In this document: in pieces, positions 57,518-64,000 of the stretch
How the letters are laid out: the number at the start of each line of letters is the position of its first letter
How positions within the stretch are numbered: position 1 is the first letter of the stretch
NCBI GenBank assembly: GCA_047947115.1
Contig: CP170459.1
Span: forward strand, 5,376,001-5,440,000
Source: Verrucomicrobiota bacterium
GTDB lineage: Bacteria > Verrucomicrobiota > Verrucomicrobiia > Limisphaerales > AAA164-E04
Reading direction: 5' to 3'
Length of the DNA stretch: 64,000 nucleotides
Position numbers and translations under genes: made by a program
The notes under the pieces: model-generated
The model's database searches: none
Seen by the model: only the letters and a program-made list of their open reading frames with translations
What the model was told of the DNA's origin: nothing

Positions 57518-58681
57518 TTAATGGTCTAAGTCATCCGCCTCGACAATAAAAGGGATTTCACAACGAACGGTGACTCCACCGTGATCATTTTGTTCAATTT
57601 GAAGCAATGCATTCAGCAAACTGCTTCGATAATGCATGGTTTTCATTCCAAGTCCGGAATGAGCGTGAATATCACCTTTGCATACGCCATTGTCAGCAAT
57701 CCGCAAGGTCAGATCATTTCCGTTGACCGCCAGGCTGACCTCTATTTCGGAAGCTCCTGAATGCTTGACGGCATTTTGAATGGCCTCCTGGGCAATGCGA
57801 TAAATATGAACGGCAGCATCGTCATCTCGCAGCCGTAATTGCTCCGGCCCGTGAAAACGGATTCGAATGGGTAAAACGGTATCCAGTTTTGAAAGCCAGT
57901 GATTGAGCGCGGCCGGCAAGCCAAGGTCGCCCAACCCGGATGTGGATAATCCCCGAGCCATCGTCTGGGTGGTTACAATGGCTTTACGAACATGGTGCAG
58001 TAAATCATCCAATTTGGAGAACTCCAGGCGCCCGGTTTGCGCCATTCGTCGTTGCATGGAATGCACCAGAAGTTCTACACAGGTGAGCTGTTGACATAAA
58101 TCATCATGCAGATCCCGCCCGAGCTTTTGCTTTTCTTCCTCACTGATGCCGGAAACCTGCCTTTCAAGTTCCCTACGCTGGGTCACATCCAGTAAACCTC
58201 CGACGATTTTATAATCAGACCGGTCACCCGCCGCTCCCGAGGAAACCACCACGGATCGATCCAATACATAGATCCATCTCCCATCGGCGGTGTGAAAGCG
58301 ATACTCCAATTCTATCACCGGCTCATCCCTCCCCGCGGCCATCACTGCCAACACCCGTTTCTTGTCCTGCGGGTGAATCCGTTCTTCCCAGAAGCCTGGT
58401 TCCTCCGTGTAAAGACAGGAATCGTATCCGGTCAAGTGGACAGAGTGATCGGAGATCCAGTTAAATGCCTGATCCAAATTCAATGGGCGAACGTAAACCG
58501 TAAATGGAAGATTCGTAAACAAGGTTGGAACAAAGAAATCATCAGGGAAACCGGCGGGACTGGAAGTTGGAAAACGTGTCAATGGTGATCCATCCCCCAT
58601 GTTCAACCTGCCAAGGCGGTGCTGAATCCAATCCAGCAATTCTTCTTTGGAAAGGTTCTGCAAGCACCGGTCATCCATCAT
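57518..58681 (-). CDS. Cytoplasmic PAS-domain sensor kinase (HisKA_3 type)
   Basis: PAS (W.ERIHP.D...EYRF...DGRW), GRDLHDDLCQ, YRIAQEAIQNAVKHS, DNG, GLGM..M. Start at 58681 overlaps the upstream stop. Confidence 0.9.
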   Translation of the reverse strand: MMDDRCLQNLSKEELLDWIQHRLGRLNMGDGSPLTRFPTSSPAGFPDDFFVPTLFTNLPFTVYVRPLNLDQAFNWISDHSVHLTGYDSCLYTEEPGFWEERIHPQDKKRVLAVMAAGRDEPVIELEYRFHTADGRWIYVLDRSVVVSSGAAGDRSDYKIVGGLLDVTQRRELERQVSGISEEEKQKLGRDLHDDLCQQLTCVELLVHSMQRRMAQTGRLEFSKLDDLLHHVRKAIVTTQTMARGLSTSGLGDLGLPAALNHWLSKLDTVLPIRIRFHGPEQLRLRDDDAAVHIYRIAQEAIQNAVKHSGASEIEVSLAVNGNDLTLRIADNGVCKGDIHAHSGLGMKTMHYRSSLLNALLQIEQNDHGGVTVRCEIPFIVEADDLDH

Positions 58682-59460
58682 ATCCACCCCCTCAGCCGGT
58701 AATAGTAGTAACCTATAATCTCGTGTAAGTAGAGATGGAGGCCCTGGAACCTGTCTGACTGAGGGAAAACCTTCCACCGGTAATGCCTCGTGGCAGTGGT
58801 GGTTCCAATGAAATCGCATCCGACAGGAATGGCTTGGACACCATACTTTTTGAAAACCGCCAAGGACCGTTTCATATGCCAGGCAGAAGTGACCAAGGCC
58901 ACTTTTTCCCACTCCTTTTCCACCATCAGTCTGCCCACCTGCTCTGCCTCATCACGCGTGGTTAAACTCCCGTCAAGCAAGTGGATTTCACCCTTGTTCA
59001 GGTCCCAACGTTGCCGCCACTGCTGAAGCAGCATGCCTTCGGAGGATGGCTTCCCCTGAATCCGGTAATCGCTCCCTCCAATCACCAAATGATTCGCCAC
59101 ACCCGTTTCAATCAGATCAAAGGCGGTCAAGTAGCGATCACCGGATTCATTAAGTGTAAACGACAAACGTTCGGCAGGTTGCGGATACATCCCGCCTCCC
59201 AGGAGGACCACCGCATCGACATTCTCCAGCAAGGATGGTTCCGCCTTGAGGTATGGGCTTTCCAAACTGCCCAGTATCATCCCCGACAAGGGTGATGCTC
59301 CAAGAAACCAAACCAGCACCCAGACAATGAACATGCCGATGCCCGACCTGTATGCTTTCAACTTCCAGAATCGCCTGGCTGCCAACAGGAGGATGATCCA
59401 AATCATGGTGAGCGGATCCAGGGCATCGCCCAACAGTTTATTGAGGCTTAAATTGATCAT
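58678..59460 (-). CDS. YdcF/ElyC (DUF218) family protein
   Basis: N-terminal TMs, DAVVLLGGG, S.TT.DEA, LVTSAWHMKRS..F, HE..G...Y. Confidence 0.9.
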   Translation of the reverse strand: MINLSLNKLLGDALDPLTMIWIILLLAARRFWKLKAYRSGIGMFIVWVLVWFLGASPLSGMILGSLESPYLKAEPSLLENVDAVVLLGGGMYPQPAERLSFTLNESGDRYLTAFDLIETGVANHLVIGGSDYRIQGKPSSEGMLLQQWRQRWDLNKGEIHLLDGSLTTRDEAEQVGRLMVEKEWEKVALVTSAWHMKRSLAVFKKYGVQAIPVGCDFIGTTTATRHYRWKVFPQSDRFQGLHLYLHEIIGYYYYRLRGWI

Positions 59461-59572
59461 GTTGTCACCGAATCATAGTAAGTGTCCTTAACGAGTCAAA
59501 TTTCTCCCTCTAAAAAAATTCCATTGTCATAAGACCGCGTAGCGAACAGTCTTGCGAAGGCCAATCTAAAAC

Positions 59573-60916
59573 ATGAATCTGACCAAGGACCCCGTCCCAA
59601 AACTAATCAAGCAACTCGCTGTTCCAGCGAGCGTCGGATTCTTTTTCAACACCATGTACAACGTGGTGGACACATACTTCGCCGGGAAATTATCCACCGA
59701 CGCCCTGGCGGCGCTCTCGGTCTCTTTTCCGGTGTTTTTTATCCTGATAGCGGTAAGTAGTGGCATCTCGCAGGGAGCGACTGCCATCCTTTCCAATTCA
59801 CTGGGAGCAGACGACCGGCAAGAGGCACAATCCATGGCTGTGCAATCAGTCCTTTTCAGCATGACTCTCGGAGTGCTCCTGATGTTGATAGGATTTGCAG
59901 CCTGCCCGACGTTGTTCAAAATTTTAGGGGCTGAAGGTCCGTATCTGAATATCACCACAAGTTACATGAATGGAATATTGACCGGCACACTGTTCTTCAT
60001 CGGCCAATCCATCGGCAACGCCATCCTCAATGCCCAGGGAGATACCACAACTTTCAGGAACTTGCTGATAGCGGGATTCCTGATGAACCTCGTGCTGGAT
60101 CCATGGTTCATGTACGGAGGCATGGGCCTGCCTGCGATGGGCATCCGTGGCATTGCCCTGGCAACCGTTCTGATTCAAGCGCTGGGGTGCATTTACATGG
60201 CGGTGAAAGTCTCCAATTCCAAACTCCGCCTTCCATGGGGGAGAGCCGCATGGTTTCCAGACATGCAAGCCTGGAAGCAACTGACCCAACAGGGAATCCC
60301 GGCTTCGGTGAACATGATGACTGTTGCGGCAGGCATCTTTGTGATCACCTGGTTTGTGAGCTTTTTCAGCAAGGAAGGCGTCGCCGCTTACGGAATCGCC
60401 ACGCGCATCGAACAAATCATCCTCCTGCCAACCATCGGGTTGAATATTGCGGTCCTGGCTTTGACCGGTCAAAACAATGGAGCCGGAAGAATCGACCGGG
60501 TGCGTGAAATGCGCAAGTTCGCCATGAAAGCCGGCCTGATCATGATGCTGGCTGGAGGTGTGGCTTTGTACTGGAGCGCAGGATGGATGATGCAACGCTT
60601 CACGGATGACACGGAAGTCACACGCATTGGAGCGGAATACCTCAGGATCGCATCCATCACACTTTGTTCCTACGTGATATTGTTCCAGACAGTGTTCATG
60701 CTGCAAGGTTTGAAACGTCCTATGATTGCCCTCTGGATCGGGCTTTATCGTCAAATCCTGGCTCCATGCATCGTTTTTTATTTGCTGGCCTTTGTGTTGA
60801 ACTGGAAGCTTGATGGCATTTGGTGGGGTATCTTTGGAGTGACATGGAGCGCTGCACTATTTACATTAGCTTTAGGCAACCGAATTTTAAATCAAATCGA
60901 TCAAAACAATCACTAA
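59573..60916 (+). CDS. MATE-family efflux transporter
   Basis: LAVPA..G......YNVVDTYFAG.LS..ALAA, N.VLDP.F, GI.G.ALAT, VAAYG, about 12 TMs. Confidence 0.93.
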   Translation: MNLTKDPVPKLIKQLAVPASVGFFFNTMYNVVDTYFAGKLSTDALAALSVSFPVFFILIAVSSGISQGATAILSNSLGADDRQEAQSMAVQSVLFSMTLGVLLMLIGFAACPTLFKILGAEGPYLNITTSYMNGILTGTLFFIGQSIGNAILNAQGDTTTFRNLLIAGFLMNLVLDPWFMYGGMGLPAMGIRGIALATVLIQALGCIYMAVKVSNSKLRLPWGRAAWFPDMQAWKQLTQQGIPASVNMMTVAAGIFVITWFVSFFSKEGVAAYGIATRIEQIILLPTIGLNIAVLALTGQNNGAGRIDRVREMRKFAMKAGLIMMLAGGVALYWSAGWMMQRFTDDTEVTRIGAEYLRIASITLCSYVILFQTVFMLQGLKRPMIALWIGLYRQILAPCIVFYLLAFVLNWKLDGIWWGIFGVTWSAALFTLALGNRILNQIDQNNH

Positions 60917-60931
60917 CTATCCATAATCCGT

Positions 60932-63900
60932 ATGAGCTCACAGGAAACCGTGCATCCATCCGCTGCATCCCGTTCACCGGAGGATCAAGAGATCACAAAA
61001 GTGGTCAGCAACGGGGAAGAACTCAAGGAACTGTGCAAACTTGCCGCCACGCTGTCGGGTGCCAATACGGTATTAATCCATTTTTACCGGAACCAACAGC
61101 TTTCGCTCGTTTCAGGGCGCAACTGGGAACCATCCCCTCACTTTCCGGACCTTCCATTTTGCAATCACGTCAAGCAGCAGAGAAAGATGATTGTGGTAGG
61201 CGATGCGCGCAAGCATCCTGAGTGGTCGAAAGATGGGTTGGTCACCGGTCCTTGGAAATTTCGATTCCTGGCAGGATTCCCCATCCACAGTAAAAGGAAC
61301 GACTTTCTAGGTGTTCTCAGCCTGCTGGATTCAGAACCACACAGCCTGTCAATCGCGCAGTCTGAATCCCTGGAAATCATCACCAGACAGATTGCCGGTT
61401 CCATTTTCCTGAGCGATGCAAAATCACAACTGCACCAGCTCTCCGGAGAACACGAGAAAGTCAAGAAAGCTTACGACGATTCAGAAGCGTTTTACCACAA
61501 CCTGGTTGAAAGTCTCCCGCAGCACATCATCCGGAAAGACACGAAGGGACGTTTCTCCTTTGCCAATCAAAACTTCTGCAAGGCCATCGGAAAAACGTTT
61601 GAGGAAATCATAGGCAAAACGGATTTCGATCTCTTCCCTCCCGATTCAGCCAAGAAGTACCAGGACGACGACCGGCACGTCATGGAAACGCACGAAACCA
61701 TCGATACAACGGAGGAAAATGTCGGTTTGAACAACACCAGGAGCTACGTTCATGTCATCAAGACACCGATCTATGATCCGGAGGGAAAAGTGGTCGGCAC
61801 CCAAGGCATTTTCTGGGATGTCACCGACAAAATCGAAACGGAAAAGGAATTGGCGCTGGAACGCCAGCTCTTGCGTTCTCTGTTGGATTCCATTCCGGAT
61901 CACGTGTATTTTAAAGACAAGGAATCCCGGTTTATCCGATGCAGCCGTGAACTGTCCGATCGACTGGGACTTGAAAGCCCGGCGGCAGCGGAAGGTAAAA
62001 CGGATTTTGATTTTTTCAGCGCAGAGCATGCCCAGCCCGCATTGGCGGACGAAAAGAAGATTCTCAGAACAGGGAAGCCCATCATCAACAAGGTCGAGAA
62101 AGAAACGTGGATCAACGGCAAGGTTGGATGGGTCTTGACCAGCAAGATGCCCTATTATGACAAGGACGGAAACATCGTCGGAACATTCGGGGTATCCAAA
62201 GATGTCACCAAGCTGGTCCAAACCGAACAAGCGCTTCGCAAAGCGGAACAAAAGTACCGCGGCATTTTCGAAAACGCGGTCGAAGGCATCTTCCAAACAA
62301 CACCTGACGGGCATTATCAGGAAATCAATCCCGCCTTGGCCCGTATCTACGGTTACAAGTCAACCAAGGATCTTCAAGAATCTCTGACCGACATCCAGCA
62401 CCAGCTGTACGTGGACCCTACCAGAAGGTCCGAGTTCGAACGTCAAATGCAGGAACATGGCGAAGTGCATGAGTTCGAATCAGAGATCTACCGACGCGAC
62501 GGCAAAAAAATCTGGATTTCCGAAACCGCCCGGGCGGTCAAAGACGAGGACAAAAAAATTCTCTACTACGAAGGCGTTGTAGAAGATATTTCAGAGAGAA
62601 AACGGGCCGAAGCCGCTCTTCAATTTGCCAGCGAAGCGGCCATGGAATCCAACCGATTGAAATCCGTTTTCCTGGCCAACATGAGTCACGAGATCCGTAC
62701 CCCAATGAACGGCATCATTGGCATGAGTTCCCTCTTGCGGCAAACCCCCTTGTCTGAGGAACAATTGAGTTTTGCCGTAACCATCGAATCAAGCGCTTAT
62801 GGCCTGCTGCGATTGATCAACGACATCCTCGATTTCTCAAAGATTGAATCAGGTAAAATGACGATTGAGAACGAGCCCTTTTCTCTCGGGGAAAAGATCG
62901 AGCAAACCGTCAACCTTCTCGCCGACAATGCACAGTGCAAGGGATTGGAAATCATACTGAACCTTGCCCCTTCCATACCGACAATCGTCCGAGGAGATTG
63001 CACACGGTTACAGCAGGTGATCACCAACCTCATCGGTAATGCCATCAAGTTCACGCACGAAGGAGAAATTCAAATCAAAATTGAACCGGTCAAAAAAACC
63101 CGTGAAATCAGTTGGATCAAATTCCAAATCATCGATACCGGCATCGGCATCAGGGAAGATGCCCAGGCAAGCATCTTCGAAGCATTCACACAGGCCGACA
63201 GTTCCACTACACGCAAATATGGAGGAACCGGATTGGGACTCGCCATCACACGGCAATTGATCGAACTGATGCGAGGGCAGTTGCACCTGGAAAGCACATG
63301 GGGGAAAGGATCCTGCTTTTGGTTCACTCTGCCGATGGAAATTGAATCGACAGGCAAATCCCGAACCAAACAACCCCGATTTGATTGGAGCGGAAAAAAG
63401 ATTCTGGTCATGGAACCAAACGATCATTCGCAGGAAGCCCTGGCCCCCATCCTGCGGAACTATGGAATGGATTATCATTTTGTCAAAAAGGGGCGGCTCG
63501 GACTGGAGGAATTGACCAAAGTTCAGAGAACCCAGGCGCCTTATGACTACGTGATGGTCAACTCAAAGCTCCCCGACCAGACAGGCATGGAAGCCTGTCA
63601 CACCCTCAAGTCCCTCGGATTGTCACCTGCACCCAAAGTCATACTGCTTTCCAACTACGGAGGCAGACTTCCCAAGCAGGAACTAAAAAAACTGGGCATT
63701 GATCTGACCGTCAACAAACCGGTCACCCAGGGCTCGCTGACTCGCGGACTGAACCGGCTGAGCTGCTCCGAACAGGCAGAAAATGAAACAAAGATTTTCC
63801 TACCTGCCTCACCTACGACGCCATCCGGCATGGATCTGAAACTCATCGACTCTGAAACTGCCCCCTTTGAAATTCTGGTGGTAGAAGACAATCCGGTGAA

Positions 63901-64000
63901 CCAGTCCGTCGCGGAACACATGCTCAAACGCCTGGGCTTCCAGGCAGTCACGGCAGATTCAGGAATTCAAGCGCTCGAATTACTCGCAAAGAAACCCTAT
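60932..64000 (+). CDS. Hybrid histidine kinase GAF-PAS-PAS-PAS-HisKA-HATPase-REC-REC (3' end runs off the window)
   Basis: Not in the ORF track. ATG 60932 is in frame with FLANMSHEIRTPMNGIIG (62681), RLQQVITNLIGNAIKFT, DTGIGI, FTQADSSTTRKYGGTGLGLAI and ILVVEDNPVN. Upstream are a GAF (RFLAGFPI) and three PAS/PAC repeats (GKTDFD). Confidence 0.93.
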   Translation, partial: MSSQETVHPSAASRSPEDQEITKVVSNGEELKELCKLAATLSGANTVLIHFYRNQQLSLVSGRNWEPSPHFPDLPFCNHVKQQRKMIVVGDARKHPEWSKDGLVTGPWKFRFLAGFPIHSKRNDFLGVLSLLDSEPHSLSIAQSESLEIITRQIAGSIFLSDAKSQLHQLSGEHEKVKKAYDDSEAFYHNLVESLPQHIIRKDTKGRFSFANQNFCKAIGKTFEEIIGKTDFDLFPPDSAKKYQDDDRHVMETHETIDTTEENVGLNNTRSYVHVIKTPIYDPEGKVVGTQGIFWDVTDKIETEKELALERQLLRSLLDSIPDHVYFKDKESRFIRCSRELSDRLGLESPAAAEGKTDFDFFSAEHAQPALADEKKILRTGKPIINKVEKETWINGKVGWVLTSKMPYYDKDGNIVGTFGVSKDVTKLVQTEQALRKAEQKYRGIFENAVEGIFQTTPDGHYQEINPALARIYGYKSTKDLQESLTDIQHQLYVDPTRRSEFERQMQEHGEVHEFESEIYRRDGKKIWISETARAVKDEDKKILYYEGVVEDISERKRAEAALQFASEAAMESNRLKSVFLANMSHEIRTPMNGIIGMSSLLRQTPLSEEQLSFAVTIESSAYGLLRLINDILDFSKIESGKMTIENEPFSLGEKIEQTVNLLADNAQCKGLEIILNLAPSIPTIVRGDCTRLQQVITNLIGNAIKFTHEGEIQIKIEPVKKTREISWIKFQIIDTGIGIREDAQASIFEAFTQADSSTTRKYGGTGLGLAITRQLIELMRGQLHLESTWGKGSCFWFTLPMEIESTGKSRTKQPRFDWSGKKILVMEPNDHSQEALAPILRNYGMDYHFVKKGRLGLEELTKVQRTQAPYDYVMVNSKLPDQTGMEACHTLKSLGLSPAPKVILLSNYGGRLPKQELKKLGIDLTVNKPVTQGSLTRGLNRLSCSEQAENETKIFLPASPTTPSGMDLKLIDSETAPFEILVVEDNPVNQSVAEHMLKRLGFQAVTADSGIQALELLAKKPY

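Overview
A 64-kb bacterial chromosomal window, most likely Verrucomicrobiota/PVC. That placement is an inference from the two H-X9-DG prepilin-like genes, two sulfatases, a PVC-style LptD, an ECF/Ser-Thr kinase pair and a Verrucomicrobia-style C-terminal domain. Housekeeping genes (accB, accC, thiE, lptD, rph, prmA, proA, metF, RluA family) are interleaved with accessory loci. Reading beyond the ORF track gave these main results. (1) Two ORFs at 43163-44575 are one gene joined by an in-frame UGA in a W-U-A-G-C thioredoxin motif, with a SECIS-like hairpin downstream. This is a probable exported selenoprotein: Trx + TPR-like + nDsbD-like Cys pair. (2) A CarH/LitR-type B12 photoreceptor repressor, missing from the track and cut off by the left edge, is divergent from an extra RpoD-family sigma factor. 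(3) A RAYT transposase has its own GTAG REP/REPIN arrays, including a second array 6 kb away. (4) A complete ISL3 element has an 8-bp target duplication. (5) An orphan 182-nt highly paired RNA candidate lies after prmA. (6) A BASS transporter, ECF sigma and Ser/Thr kinase form a translationally coupled operon. (7) A gamma-glutamylation-type amine catabolic cluster is present. (8) There are collapsed pseudogenes of an MCP and of a multiheme cytochrome/Ig-domain protein. A hybrid histidine kinase runs off the right edge. No rRNA, tRNA or CRISPR array was seen. All product calls come from motif recognition by eye, not from database searches.
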